A stretch of DNA of 64,000 nt from Escherichia coli (GCA_032372955.1 GCA_032372955.1_4725.1); one strand, 5' to 3'. Positions 28,350 to 39,105 are shown, counted from the first letter of the stretch. Notes: generated from the letters alone by a model not told the origin. Numbers and translations are program-made.

Positions 28350-29872
28350 TGATCACCAATAAAACCGTCTATGCTGTTGAGCCCATTGTCGAAGGGTTTA
28401 TCAAACGTAATCAAATCGTCGCAGCCATTCCGGGCACGCCGTTAGCCGCGGTTTGTGAAACCATGCATTGGAACCAGCCACCGGAAGACGCGGATGCGTT
28501 GGTGCAGCTTAGTGCCGAACGTATGGTTGTTGCTGAAACACTTGATGAAACCGAAGATGGCGCTGTAGCACCTGCCAGCGAACGCGAGGTTTATATCCAC
28601 GATGAAGTTTTACAGACCGCAGTTCAAGACGTGGTGGAAAAAGTGGTGTATGCCAAAGAGTTGGCGCGTAACACCATCCTGCCGAAATGCCGTGCGCTGT
28701 ACCCGGAACTGGAAAAACGTATCGATTCGATCATCCTGGCACCGAAACTGATCCCGACAGTAAGTCTGAGTTACTACCCTGAGTTTTATAACTCCGAAGA
28801 GTACCAGGCGTTAGTTAGTGATTACGATCTCAATGGCTTGATTTCGATTAATAACGATTTCACCCCAACCGGAAAGCTTGCGTTTATCACCGGCGATAAG
28901 CTGCGTACGTTACTGTATACCGGTAATGAAAACCTGGATCGTTTTGTACAGCAAGCAACGGAAGGGATGAGCGATCAGGCACTGGAAGACATCTACAACT
29001 ATTTCTTCCGTGGTTCCGCTCCTTCTTCGAACAACACCGCTTATCTGATTACGTATCCGGATAGCGATAACGTTGCATTCCACGGTTCCAGCGCTGCGGC
29101 AACTCCTGCATTCCTCTGCTATATGTGGGCCGTTAACCTGCTGGAAGATATCCAGGACGGCAACGACATGATGCTTGAAAACTACCGCGCTAAAATGCAG
29201 CAAGCTCGTGCTGCGGCGATCAACGGGATGGCACGCGTCGGTCGTGATCGTATTCTGCGTATGGAGCGTGGTGAACTGATTCTTTCTGCGCCGTCAGCTT
29301 CTCAGATTCAACGTGCTGAAGACGCGTCAACGATGACGATTTTCGTTAACGCGGATGTCTACATGGGTTATCTGCAAGAAGGTGGTTCACCGGAAGCGTT
29401 AACCGCAGCCGTCCTGTTAGAACGCGAACTCATCAGTAAAGATGAACTGTTGGCTAACGGTGCAGGCTTCATGCAGCATTATCGTAACTACATCAACATG
29501 AAAGCCAGCCAGCAAGCCGCAAACCGCTTACGTGCATACGCGTTGGCATTGCAGGGCGTATTTGCTGACCTTATTACGGCGGACCTCGATGAAGATACCC
29601 GTAAGAAGGTTATGGAAATCGTACGTGGTGAAGTTGCTATCCTTACCGATACCGATGTAGCTAACTTCCAGCAGTATTTCCGTACACTGTACGTGAAAAC
29701 GATGCATCATGAAGACGCTCAAGGCGTTAACCGTCTCATCGATGAGATCGATTTGATTATGCGTGAACGTCCTGAACTCACGGTATTCGAAGCAGCAACC
29801 ATCGCAACGATGCATCTGACCACCGATTACGTGGCCCAGCAGCTTTACGTTATCCAGATTAGCGAGGTGTAA
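28349..29872 (+). CDS. hypothetical protein, 507 aa, strongly codon-biased (likely abundant)
   Basis: TAATG overlap with upstream gene; GGAGGGA SD; strong preference for CTG/CCG/CGT/GGT codons. Confidence 0.75.
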   Translation: MITNKTVYAVEPIVEGFIKRNQIVAAIPGTPLAAVCETMHWNQPPEDADALVQLSAERMVVAETLDETEDGAVAPASEREVYIHDEVLQTAVQDVVEKVVYAKELARNTILPKCRALYPELEKRIDSIILAPKLIPTVSLSYYPEFYNSEEYQALVSDYDLNGLISINNDFTPTGKLAFITGDKLRTLLYTGNENLDRFVQQATEGMSDQALEDIYNYFFRGSAPSSNNTAYLITYPDSDNVAFHGSSAAATPAFLCYMWAVNLLEDIQDGNDMMLENYRAKMQQARAAAINGMARVGRDRILRMERGELILSAPSASQIQRAEDASTMTIFVNADVYMGYLQEGGSPEALTAAVLLERELISKDELLANGAGFMQHYRNYINMKASQQAANRLRAYALALQGVFADLITADLDEDTRKKVMEIVRGEVAILTDTDVANFQQYFRTLYVKTMHHEDAQGVNRLIDEIDLIMRERPELTVFEAATIATMHLTTDYVAQQLYVIQISEV

Positions 29873-30583
29873 ATGGCGCTTGTCCGCAACGGTGCTGCGG
29901 TGCTTGCGGACTGGGACATACAAGAAGATAAATCTGTTGTTACTCGTGGCGGGTGTTCGATTCTGACGCCCGTCCGTTACGAGGGATTGGGTTTATCTAT
30001 CATCGGGAGTGAGAACCGGGTTTGTGCGTGCTGCCCGATTATTCTTCCTGATGGACAGTATGGTGTCAGCCACGCATTGACCCAGCTCCATATCGACCCA
30101 TCTGACATCCGTGAGATTACCATGGATGGTCAGCCGTTTTATGAATTTGTGTTTCTTCCCGGCGACACGGTGTTGGTGTCAACCGATGTCGTGATGCGAA
30201 ACTCTTTCCCGTGGCTGATGTATAACGAGATCTATACGCTCGGTAAAGTGCCATGGTGGTATACCGAAAAAGAAAAATATCAATTGCTGTACACGTCAGC
30301 GAAATTGGCGGGCGTTAAATTGAATGCGGATAGCAGCATCTATTCTGTTCTGGCGTCTATCACCACACGTGACCCCAACGATCGTCGTCGGGCGTGGCGT
30401 CTGCTTTCGGATGAAGAACGCAGCACCTTAAAAGCCATCGACATCGGATTACGAAACATTATCGATAGTGGTACAAACACCATCACCAACTTAATGGGTG
30501 GTTACGTGAATAACGCAATCGATAGTAGTTTGGTTTATCCTGCGGATACGATCAGCGAAACAGAAGCGATTCTGAGGGGGTGA
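29873..30583 (+). CDS. hypothetical protein
   Basis: ATG directly after upstream stop; GAGGTG SD; 236 aa. Confidence 0.7.
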   Translation: MALVRNGAAVLADWDIQEDKSVVTRGGCSILTPVRYEGLGLSIIGSENRVCACCPIILPDGQYGVSHALTQLHIDPSDIREITMDGQPFYEFVFLPGDTVLVSTDVVMRNSFPWLMYNEIYTLGKVPWWYTEKEKYQLLYTSAKLAGVKLNADSSIYSVLASITTRDPNDRRRAWRLLSDEERSTLKAIDIGLRNIIDSGTNTITNLMGGYVNNAIDSSLVYPADTISETEAILRG

Positions 30584-30584
30584 T

Positions 30585-31316
30585 ATGTTATCGTCTATCG
30601 AGACTATTGTCCCAAGAGCGATTATGGAACGTTGTGCGTGGGTGCCGAGTAAAACGCTTCCTTTCGGTTTATTGCATATTAGCACCGATACCGAACTGAA
30701 AACGATGATGCCGCGTATCCCTCAACGTACCTTGCGTATGGAAGACGGGTCGTTTCCAAGGATCTGTGTATCCAGCAGTTTGATGGGTTGTATATACGGT
30801 TACAGTACCGCAATCAAGCAGTACTATTCTGGTGGTCACTTAGCCCATTGGTTAGGCGGGTACGTTATTTATCGTGTTCCGTTTGATATCGCCTTACGTC
30901 CGCATCGTACGTTGTTATCCGATGTTGATATTAGCGACGAACATTGGTTATTTCACGATCCACGCTATCCAAACGGGTATCAAACCGAGCGTATCGGAGA
31001 ATGTTTTATCGCGGCTGTTCCCAAAGGGAAGATTACAGATAGCGATGGGAAGGAAAACTCCGTTACGACAGAATGCCCGGTGTTTTATATCCATGCGGAG
31101 GTTGATAACGTTCCGCTATGGTTGCGTCAAGGTGAGTTTCTGGTGGTAAAGAAAGGTTATTACCGGATGCAAATTAACCATTACGATCATCGCTTAGGTG
31201 TGATGGATTTCTCTAATGTGTCTGTTTCACGGATAACGTTAGAGAAATACCTAGCTGCCAAAGACGACGCGTTGGTACTATTGGGACATCAGTGCGCTGG
31301 ATCGTATGAATGGTGA
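30585..31316 (+). CDS. hypothetical protein
   Basis: ATG with GAGGGGG SD; 243 aa. Confidence 0.7.
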   Translation: MLSSIETIVPRAIMERCAWVPSKTLPFGLLHISTDTELKTMMPRIPQRTLRMEDGSFPRICVSSSLMGCIYGYSTAIKQYYSGGHLAHWLGGYVIYRVPFDIALRPHRTLLSDVDISDEHWLFHDPRYPNGYQTERIGECFIAAVPKGKITDSDGKENSVTTECPVFYIHAEVDNVPLWLRQGEFLVVKKGYYRMQINHYDHRLGVMDFSNVSVSRITLEKYLAAKDDALVLLGHQCAGSYEW

Positions 31317-31396
31317 TATAACGCTTACGCGTCACCTTCTTGACGTAAAAGCGGGAATGTAACGCTTTTTTTCATTCAGTTGCTTATAAAGGGGTT

Positions 31397-32206
31397 ATGA
31401 TGCAACCACCAATTAGTAATCTTGTTTGCACCAGTTATCTTGGTGTGAATAAGAAAGGTATTATCCGTCCTAATGCTGACGGTGCCTACACCTGTGTTAT
31501 AGGCGGATTTAACTGTTTTAACAATACCGAAGAATATTACGAACTTGAGCGTTCGAAACCGCTGTTCCTGGAAAACAGTTTATTGCAAACAAACGCACGC
31601 AATCGTTCGTTGAAAGGGGAATACGGTCACCCTAAACCAGAGATCGGTCAGGATGCAACCAGCTTTTTGCAGCGAGCATTACGAATCGAAGAAACGAAGG
31701 TAAGCCATTGTTTTTCTAAGATTTGGTTAGAAGAAGCTGGACGTGATCGTCGCGGTCGTCCTGTCGTGATGGTGATGGGGGATGTTATTCCTTGCGGACC
31801 GTACGGTGATCCATTACGTAAAGATTTTGAAACGCCGCTGGTGAACGTGTGTTTTTCTGTTCGCGCGTTAACCGATCCTCAGATCTGGCAACGTGAGCGC
31901 CGTCGTGTTATGACCCGCGTCATGACTTACGATTACGTTAACTTGCCGGGGATCGAGTTTGCAACCAAATACGACTCTCCGACGATGGAAGGGTTCCAGA
32001 AAGACGTAGAACAGGAAGCCAAAGCAATCATGGATGCGTATGATCTCCCGATTACAGCACCAATGGTTGATGAGCTTGTTGTTCGTTCAGGTGGTCAACA
32101 CGCGCTGGCCATGTTGTCTGGCGACAGTCCGGTTGTCTTCCTGGATCAGTTACGTAACCACCTACGTTGTGACGTCGTTAAAGCGGGCAGCTTTAATCAT
32201 TGGTAA
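31397..32206 (+). CDS. hypothetical protein
   Basis: ATG with AAAGGGG SD; 269 aa. Confidence 0.7.
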   Translation: MMQPPISNLVCTSYLGVNKKGIIRPNADGAYTCVIGGFNCFNNTEEYYELERSKPLFLENSLLQTNARNRSLKGEYGHPKPEIGQDATSFLQRALRIEETKVSHCFSKIWLEEAGRDRRGRPVVMVMGDVIPCGPYGDPLRKDFETPLVNVCFSVRALTDPQIWQRERRRVMTRVMTYDYVNLPGIEFATKYDSPTMEGFQKDVEQEAKAIMDAYDLPITAPMVDELVVRSGGQHALAMLSGDSPVVFLDQLRNHLRCDVVKAGSFNHW

Positions 32207-32359
32207 AAAAGATGTTACGTTATATTGTGTACGGAAGTAATCGTTACCGTATTTAGGTGGTTTAGCTCAACTTACATCCTTTTTGTTATCTTTGATGCCT
32301 GCTACCAGGGCCGTTATGGACACCGCGTCACATAACGTCCTTTCGTCGTGATGGACGAA

Positions 32360-32395
32360 CCTCCTTACCCATGTGGGTAAGGAGGTACTTTTTAT
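32360..32395 (+). terminator. rho-independent terminator
   Basis: 11-bp stem cctccttaccc/gggtaaggagg, loop atgt, then tactttttatg. Confidence 0.55.
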
Positions 32396-32489
32396 GCCGT
32401 CATTTTGATGTAAGATCTTACCAGAACTCATTATTCTACGGATACATACGCCGTATATGAACTTTATTGTTAAGTAGGAATTTAAAAAG

Positions 32490-33290
32490 ATGCAAGAAGA
32501 ACGCGATATGCCTAAATCACCAGATGTTATTATGCAAGCCTCTGAGAAAGCCACCAAGCTTGCTGTGAGTGTGTATGGCCCATGCCATCAAGAACTGTCT
32601 TATGTCGATCTGCTTCATGCGGCTGAGCGCGCATTAGCGTGGACGTTGTATATTCACAAACACGCTTACCAGGCTTCTTTTAATGCGGTTAAAGAAGCTG
32701 TTTCACCAATGCTGATTGACCTTGCAGGACGTAAAGCAATCGGGACAATATCCGCCGAAGAAGAACGTTCGACCCTTCATGAAATCCTGGGGGTGGCTGA
32801 CGCATACGGTATTTCACTTGCGGTTATGGAACCGCAGCAGATTACTTTCGATGTATTGAACGATCGTGCATCTATCGTAAGACAACAAATTGGCCGTGCG
32901 ATGGAACATCCGTCACTACCTGCTGTTTTGACGTATTTTAACACCGTATATTGGGGTTATACGTTACACCCAGAAATCGCCGCACCAGGTTCTGTTATTC
33001 CGTGCGTCGATCTGCTGATTCGTCTGTTGTGTAATACGACAATGGAGCCGCTGCGTTCATCGCACGTTCTGTTGACGGATGAAGAATTGGATGAGCTTCG
33101 CGCTATCTCTCCGACCGCACGCAGCATGGTGCAGTTATACCGCTACTTACAGAAAGCGGACGAACAAGACTTCATGTGGGAAGATCCGTCTGAAGGTGAC
33201 AGTGATGGGGAAGAAGATATCAAACAGACCCGCAATTACAAGGTGATTCGCTTCGCACGGAACGTTGCGGTATTATTGGAAAAAAGTTGA
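32490..33290 (+). CDS. hypothetical protein
   Basis: ATG 32490; 266 aa; 3' end overlaps promoter motif copy 2. Confidence 0.7.
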   Translation: MQEERDMPKSPDVIMQASEKATKLAVSVYGPCHQELSYVDLLHAAERALAWTLYIHKHAYQASFNAVKEAVSPMLIDLAGRKAIGTISAEEERSTLHEILGVADAYGISLAVMEPQQITFDVLNDRASIVRQQIGRAMEHPSLPAVLTYFNTVYWGYTLHPEIAAPGSVIPCVDLLIRLLCNTTMEPLRSSHVLLTDEELDELRAISPTARSMVQLYRYLQKADEQDFMWEDPSEGDSDGEEDIKQTRNYKVIRFARNVAVLLEKS

Positions 33291-33304
33291 GGTCTATATT
33301 ACCT
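33274..33304 (+). promoter_or_regulatory. candidate phage promoter, copy 2 of conserved 31-bp motif
   Basis: TATTGGAAAAAAGTTGAGGTCTATATTACCT, 122 nt upstream of ATG 33426. Confidence 0.5.
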
Positions 33305-33425
33305 AACTGATAGAACGCAAGGAGTTTAAGAAGTAAACCTTAACCGACTTGTGTTTTCCCTATGAAGAAAGAATCTTCTGATTTTATCCTTTTGATCGAT
33401 CGAAAAAACTAATTGGAGTATTAAC

Positions 33426-33905
33426 ATGTCTGAAGCTGTAGAAACCACCGTAGCGACTGAAACCACTTCTAACGTACGTCCGGAAGTTCAGGCTCTTTCT
33501 GATAAAATCGCCGCTGGTATTAAACTGGACGAATCTGGTAGCCAGAAGCTAGGCAGTGATTTCCTGGGTACTCTGGTAACACCGGAAGAAAAAGAAATCC
33601 TGGAAAAAGCACAGAAACTGACCACGGATATCGGTCTGGCTCACGGTCTGGCGGTTGGCCGCGTTGGCGCGCAGTTCATGGCGGATAACAAACAGGTTGA
33701 CGTTGTTTCTGTAACCCTGCCGCTGGGCAAAGACGTTGTGTCTGCAACGGTTCAACGTAGCGCTGAAGTTGGTTTCGGCTCTAACGAGAAGAAACAGGTT
33801 TACGGACGCCTGACCACCGCGTATAAGAAATCTTTCCCAACAACTCAGGTTAAGCATATTCGCGACAACATCAGTGCGTATGCAGCTGAGCTGCTGAAAG
33901 ACTGA
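33426..33905 (+). CDS. small, highly expressed hypothetical protein (159 aa)
   Basis: ATG with GGAG SD; very strong codon bias; own promoter motif upstream and terminator downstream. Confidence 0.75.
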   Translation: MSEAVETTVATETTSNVRPEVQALSDKIAAGIKLDESGSQKLGSDFLGTLVTPEEKEILEKAQKLTTDIGLAHGLAVGRVGAQFMADNKQVDVVSVTLPLGKDVVSATVQRSAEVGFGSNEKKQVYGRLTTAYKKSFPTTQVKHIRDNISAYAAELLKD

Positions 33906-33933
33906 TTGTAACCTAACACGTCTCTCTGTATGA

Positions 33934-33990
33934 CCCCACCGTAGCCCTGTATGGGGTTGCGGTGGCGGTTATGTCAAGGTTTTATTTTTA
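33934..33990 (+). terminator. rho-independent terminator (nested hairpin plus U-tract)
   Basis: ccccaccg-ta-g-ccc-tgtat-ggg-g-ttg-cggtggcgg followed by ttatgtcaaggttttattttta. Confidence 0.55.
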
Positions 33991-34008
33991 TCCTTTGGGG
34001 TTAGCGCT

Positions 34009-34422
34009 GTGTTTTTATACACCCTTCAATTAGCCAAACATCGTTGGCTTTCAGACACACGAGCGTTCCTACTGGACACGACGGTGAAAACAGGTAACCC
34101 GCTCTTCGCACCTTCATGGGAACTTGTTACAGGAATCAAATCAAAAACGTTAACCGAGGATGAATATACCGCAGGCTACTACACGCTTATGCGCAAAAGC
34201 TTTGTTGATCATACACCGGAATGGTTGGCTTTATTCTCCCATCCGGTTGTGGTGTTAGGGTGTTATTGTCCTGCAGGAAATTTCTGTCACCGTCATTTGC
34301 TTACCGATATCCTTGAAAAGATCGCCATTCAAGAACGATTTCATTTTGTTAGGGGAGGTGAGATAACCAGTAAGGAACAGCTCGATTCATTAATCGAGTT
34401 TTGGAATAAGGAGTTTGAGTAA
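34009..34422 (+). CDS. hypothetical protein with Cys/His cluster (start uncertain)
   Basis: ORF-track start is GTG 34009 with no clear SD; contains GCYCPAGNFCHRH. Confidence 0.4.
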   Translation: MFLYTLQLAKHRWLSDTRAFLLDTTVKTGNPLFAPSWELVTGIKSKTLTEDEYTAGYYTLMRKSFVDHTPEWLALFSHPVVVLGCYCPAGNFCHRHLLTDILEKIAIQERFHFVRGGEITSKEQLDSLIEFWNKEFE

Positions 34423-34961
34423 TGAGTGTTTTTCTTATCGGTGCAGCAAAACCTAACAACAACGAACTATTGGGTATTGCGGAAGAGTTGGATGAACATG
34501 GCATGATCGTTTACTCTATCGACAAAGCGCTCAAAAGACTGGAACGGTGGCGTAATCTCGTTACGGATACACTGGATCGACGTAGCATGGTCTACGGATA
34601 TATGTTAGAACAATACGATGTCGCCGATAGAGCATCCACCACGCGTTCTGGCGCATTGTTTAAGACAACAATAGGAAGTTACCAGTTCGGTGGATTAGAA
34701 TTGCTGGAAGCGTTATATAAGCTCTCAGAGGGCATTCATCACGATGATCTCGATGACCTTCGGGAATATGTGAATGAAAGACTCCCATTCGTGATTCCAG
34801 ACGCGCAACTGATGTTATTAACACAACGTGAGGAGGAACATCTTTACAAACTTGCTTGTACGACAATGCGTCATATTCGTCGTTATCGTAATCCTGAATT
34901 CATTGAATCCCAAGAATATCCTGATGTTATTTTCATTCGTGAAGCTAAGAACACACAGTAA
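34422..34961 (+). CDS. hypothetical protein
   Basis: ATG with AAGGAG SD; 179 aa. Confidence 0.65.
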   Translation: MSVFLIGAAKPNNNELLGIAEELDEHGMIVYSIDKALKRLERWRNLVTDTLDRRSMVYGYMLEQYDVADRASTTRSGALFKTTIGSYQFGGLELLEALYKLSEGIHHDDLDDLREYVNERLPFVIPDAQLMLLTQREEEHLYKLACTTMRHIRRYRNPEFIESQEYPDVIFIREAKNTQ

Positions 34962-34973
34962 ATAAACCATAAA

Positions 34974-35010
34974 CCTTCCTTCCCCGGCCTTGACGGCTAG
35001 GGAAGGAAGG
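34974..35010. terminator. nested GC-rich hairpin at a convergent gene junction
   Basis: ccttccttccc-cg-gcc-ttgac-ggc-tag-gggaaggaagg; T-rich sequence on both flanks. Confidence 0.55.
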
Positions 35011-35035
35011 GAGGTTAATATGCTTTTTTTTTACG

Positions 35036-35926
35036 TTACACGCGAGGTGTTACGTTTTGATAAGTATTCGGTACCTCAAAGGTATCGTTGTTATCAAAGT
35101 CGAAGGTATAGCCAACCTTCTGCGCTGCCACAGCAGGATCGATGTCGCTCAGGTAAGCCGGACGGAAATCCGGGTTCACTTTAAGCAGGTTCATCTTATC
35201 CAGCAGACGTTGTGCGAAAGCACGTACGCCGTAGTTGGTCTGTGTTAACGCGGTGAACTGAATGCTCAATTCTACCACGTTTGGCGCATCGTTCTTGTTA
35301 CGACGTGATGTCCAGTCACCGGTACCGTGAGGCATCATGTTCGTGCACAGCCAGGCGTTAACCACTTTCTTGTGTTGACGGTCCGGCTCAACGAACAGCA
35401 TTGTTGCGCTACGATAATCCGCCAGCAGGTCGGTTGGACCACCGGTGGATACGATAGACGACAACATCGGATATTTGGCATCCGGATCCATCAACAGATA
35501 CGTGATCCATTGTTCCAGGAAGTAGCTAACGGAACGACCTTCTTTCTCATAGATCCCGAAAGTCGGGTTAGAGCGAGGACGTTTAACGTCAGAGACTTCT
35601 TCCTGGATTTCACCGGAACCAGAAACCGGGACGCTAACGAATTCAACTTCCAATCCGCGTTGCAGACCGGTAATCGAATGCGCAACCTCTTCTACCAACG
35701 CCTTCAGATAACCAATCTGTACATCCGGGTTAGGTAGATAGTTGAAACCACGTGGTGCCTCCAGCAGGAGACAGAACATTTGGTTCGGAATGTAGTTGGC
35801 GTTAGCAACGTACGTACCGATATTGCTGATGTACCCGTTTTGGGCACCCGCACGAATATCGACCATAGCCGCGTTGCTAAGAGCACCAACACCCTGTTCA
35901 CCGAGTAGGGTATTATCAGGACGCAT
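35036..35926 (-). CDS. putative tail tube protein
   Basis: 296 aa, 15 nt downstream of the putative sheath gene on the same strand; GAGGAG SD; call is by size and synteny only. Confidence 0.5.
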   Translation of the reverse strand: MRPDNTLLGEQGVGALSNAAMVDIRAGAQNGYISNIGTYVANANYIPNQMFCLLLEAPRGFNYLPNPDVQIGYLKALVEEVAHSITGLQRGLEVEFVSVPVSGSGEIQEEVSDVKRPRSNPTFGIYEKEGRSVSYFLEQWITYLLMDPDAKYPMLSSIVSTGGPTDLLADYRSATMLFVEPDRQHKKVVNAWLCTNMMPHGTGDWTSRRNKNDAPNVVELSIQFTALTQTNYGVRAFAQRLLDKMNLLKVNPDFRPAYLSDIDPAVAAQKVGYTFDFDNNDTFEVPNTYQNVTPRV

Positions 35927-35941
35927 TATGGACTCCTCTCA

Positions 35942-38014
35942 TTACGCCGCTTCTGCTGCTTCGGTGTTACGACGCAGCCCGGTGATGGTAAACGTACCCA
36001 CGGTCATGCCTGGATCGCCGATCAGGCTGATATCGCCGTGATAGCTGAAGCCGTTGTAACCGTCTTCTTTATCCAGGTAGAAACGTCCCTTAACAGTCAC
36101 ATGGTCGTTGTAACGGCCTGTGGTGTATTCCAGGAAGCGTTCGCCCATCAGTTTCAGGAACAGCGTTTCATCCATTCCTGTAGTACCGGTGGTTTCTGCC
36201 CAGAGACGATAGCAGACACGAGTCAGATCGCAACCGATGATCACGTTGATCAACGAACGCCATACCGAACGGTCGTTATTGTAGATCGTGCCCCAAGCCG
36301 GGAAGAAGTTGGAATTACGGTTGTAGGTCTGAACATAGTTCAAGCCGTTTTCCCAATCACGATCACGGACCGTTGCGTTACGATACGTCTTGTTGATTTT
36401 ACGCATCGTTGTGACAACGTTACCAGGGTTGTTATCGATGCGGGTACCGCGGATAACACCATCCGAAGCACCCATGTAAGTTGCCAGTTTATTAGCAACT
36501 TCCAGCGTCAACGGAACTTTACCCAGGCTTGGCGCTTCGATGCTTTCACCGTATTGCATGAATACAGCGGCACGGCAAGCTGGGGTGTTGTAAAGCACGC
36601 TTTCTGGATGCAGACGATAGTAGTTACGCAGCATCGCACCCATGGAGCTTTCTTCATCGACATTCAGTTCCACACCCTTCCAGGTATGGGTTGACGCAAT
36701 GATCATGACATCCGGACGCAGAGACAAGACGTTTGCCATCGCCTTCTTCGTGTCGACTTTGTAACCAATGTCATACACGATGGAGAACGGATAGAAAGCC
36801 ATGTCTTCCAGATCTTCGCCCATTCTGCCGAACGATTCGAACTGCTGTTTCGCTAACGCATCGAAGGTATCCCAGTCGACGTCACCGTCGCTACCATCAA
36901 TTGCGTAGAAGGTGCTGGTACCATCAAAGATGACGCCGCCCTGATCCGCATCGAGAACTTCGATGGTTTGATAAGGGATGCCGTTGTAATCGACACCAGT
37001 GAAGATGTTCATCTGACCTTCGACGAATTCAACGTCGGTTAACAGATCGTTGTTAACTTTGCTTTCAGATTCGTACAGTTTCTTGACGACTTCATCGATG
37101 TTCTTCTGATAAAGATGCATCTGATCCATTGGAGCAAAGATCGGGGTATTACCCGTCTCATTATACTCGTAGGCATCAACGACCACTTTACCGAAGGACA
37201 GATCGGTTTCGTCATCAGGCTGGATAACACCTTCCTGCAACGCGAAGGTTTCTTGTTCCATGCCACTGATCGTACGAATGACCGTCGGCGCAGTACGTGA
37301 AGACTTGCGTTCCACGAACTGAATGCGGTACAGGAAAGCACCGATACGTTCGATGATATCGGTACGGGTAGGGTTGCTGCTCAGCGCGGTCGGTGCTTCC
37401 AGACGTAAGCCGATGTTGTCCCCTTCAGCACCACGCCAGCTCACCATTCCATCCAGAATAGGATAGTAGTTACTCTGGGTACCATCAGCTGCGGTCAGTT
37501 GTCCGATAACCACTTCATCTTTACCGAAAGCATTAGGTGCTACGGCATCTTTGTCGTGGTTAACAATCCAACGCATTTTCACCCCGTCAACGGTTTTATC
37601 GCCGTCAGGGATTTTGTTGCCGTCGGTGTCCTTCATAAAGGACCCGTCAGCGTTACGCTGGTAAACGACCAGTTTATCGGCGACCACTTCAACACCGATA
37701 CGGATGCGCGCTGCCGTTGCATCCGGCGCAACCAAACGTTTTGTGAAGATCGCGCTACCTGTAGAAGCCGCCTGGCGAGCAATCAGTGTTGCCGGAGAAG
37801 CGTACTTACTGCGGTAGTTCAGCATATCTTCACCGTAGACTGTAGACAGGGCGTCCCCCGTTAACAGCAAGGTGTCCTCTTTACCACGACCACCCTGAAT
37901 GAAAACATACGGGAGGTGAATGGGCGTGATCTCTGGGGCTGTAACCGGATCCGTGGTAAGACCCTCTTTAAAGCCCGTAAAAATCGCGCGAGGCGTGCTA
38001 TTCTTAAGCCTCAT
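35942..38014 (-). CDS. putative contractile tail sheath protein
   Basis: 690 aa, strongly codon-biased, AAGGAG SD; sheath-then-tube arrangement as in phiKZ-like phages (from memory); identity not confirmed. Confidence 0.55.
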   Translation of the reverse strand: MRLKNSTPRAIFTGFKEGLTTDPVTAPEITPIHLPYVFIQGGRGKEDTLLLTGDALSTVYGEDMLNYRSKYASPATLIARQAASTGSAIFTKRLVAPDATAARIRIGVEVVADKLVVYQRNADGSFMKDTDGNKIPDGDKTVDGVKMRWIVNHDKDAVAPNAFGKDEVVIGQLTAADGTQSNYYPILDGMVSWRGAEGDNIGLRLEAPTALSSNPTRTDIIERIGAFLYRIQFVERKSSRTAPTVIRTISGMEQETFALQEGVIQPDDETDLSFGKVVVDAYEYNETGNTPIFAPMDQMHLYQKNIDEVVKKLYESESKVNNDLLTDVEFVEGQMNIFTGVDYNGIPYQTIEVLDADQGGVIFDGTSTFYAIDGSDGDVDWDTFDALAKQQFESFGRMGEDLEDMAFYPFSIVYDIGYKVDTKKAMANVLSLRPDVMIIASTHTWKGVELNVDEESSMGAMLRNYYRLHPESVLYNTPACRAAVFMQYGESIEAPSLGKVPLTLEVANKLATYMGASDGVIRGTRIDNNPGNVVTTMRKINKTYRNATVRDRDWENGLNYVQTYNRNSNFFPAWGTIYNNDRSVWRSLINVIIGCDLTRVCYRLWAETTGTTGMDETLFLKLMGERFLEYTTGRYNDHVTVKGRFYLDKEDGYNGFSYHGDISLIGDPGMTVGTFTITGLRRNTEAAEAA

Positions 38015-38157
38015 GGAACTCTCCTTAATTTAAGGAAATTGTATGACATAATTGCACACGTGACACAATGTCATAGGCATAACGTAAAATATTACAATTA
38101 TGCGTAAATCTGTGTGCTTAACCCGTTTTCTTATATGCCGTAATAAAGGAATTACAT

Positions 38158-39105
38158 ATGTTCATCTCTCCTTACGACACAACTGTTGGAACAAAACTAA
38201 AAGGCATTGACCGTATCCGAACCGCTATCGAAGTTGCTTACGTCGGCGGATTGTTAAGTGCACCCGGTGAAGAAAGTGGCGTAAACACTCCCGTTCTCGA
38301 AGTCATCGGCAACAAAAATACGTTGGACGATATCCCTTCTTTCGGCCATCCGTTGGTCATTAAAACAGTGATGGACGGACAGCGCGTTGTTATTGACCAA
38401 CGCGCTTACGCACGCACCCCAACAGATACTTCACGCCCAGGATCGCGTACTACCGTTGTTAACGAACGTGAATATAACTTTCTTCAATCACGTGCGTATC
38501 TTCAGGTAGGATGGGAATCCTTGGGCACACGTCCTTTTGAACGTCTTGGCCCTATCCCGATGCGTGTCTTTTGTGATTGGATTAGCGGACAAATCACACA
38601 GCGTTTAGGGTTGGACCTTCAACAACGTCGCGATGTTGCCATCATAACAGCATGGTATTATCTTTGCTTGTTTAAAGATAGCCTTACAAATAATGAAAGA
38701 CTAACTATGGTGCGCACCATCCAGACAACGCTTCGTTACGATTTTGCGAGCATCGGTATCGTAACCGAAAACCTGGGTTATATCCCTAACATGGCAGCTT
38801 TCGTAACAGCATTAAAAGAAAGTAATATTAGTCCCCGTTTGAACACGTTAACCCAGGCGTTGTTGTTTGAAATCACCGCTTACAGCTGGGTTGGGGGTTA
38901 TAGTAAAGAAGTTGCTGGAATTGCTTTAGAGCATCCGCCAACATTTATTCTTTTATGCTCTGCTGCTGACCACGATCGTGGTTACCGTGATACCGTGTTG
39001 GCTCGTCTCATGGCCGATCAGCGTCGTTTGGCGCGCGATGTCAATGATTTCCAAGCCAACATGAAATACCTCCTGGAGGCATGCCGTGGTGTTGAACGCT
39101 TCTAA
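38158..39105 (+). CDS. hypothetical protein
   Basis: ATG with AAGGA SD; 315 aa. Confidence 0.7.
   Translation: MFISPYDTTVGTKLKGIDRIRTAIEVAYVGGLLSAPGEESGVNTPVLEVIGNKNTLDDIPSFGHPLVIKTVMDGQRVVIDQRAYARTPTDTSRPGSRTTVVNEREYNFLQSRAYLQVGWESLGTRPFERLGPIPMRVFCDWISGQITQRLGLDLQQRRDVAIITAWYYLCLFKDSLTNNERLTMVRTIQTTLRYDFASIGIVTENLGYIPNMAAFVTALKESNISPRLNTLTQALLFEITAYSWVGGYSKEVAGIALEHPPTFILLCSAADHDRGYRDTVLARLMADQRRLARDVNDFQANMKYLLEACRGVERF

Noticed and set aside
31333-31375. Weak hairpin aaaagcg...cgctttt followed by a T-run
   Set aside because: Stem is AU-rich and short (3 GC pairs); could be a weak terminator, but evidence is insufficient.
32267-32557. Minus-strand ORF of 96 aa
   Set aside because: Overlaps the 32360 terminator hairpin and the start of gene 32490; antisense to a plus-strand operon.
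36038-36694. Plus-strand ORF of 218 aa
   Set aside because: Antisense inside the strongly codon-biased sheath gene; His/Val/Thr-rich composition typical of a mirror-frame artefact.
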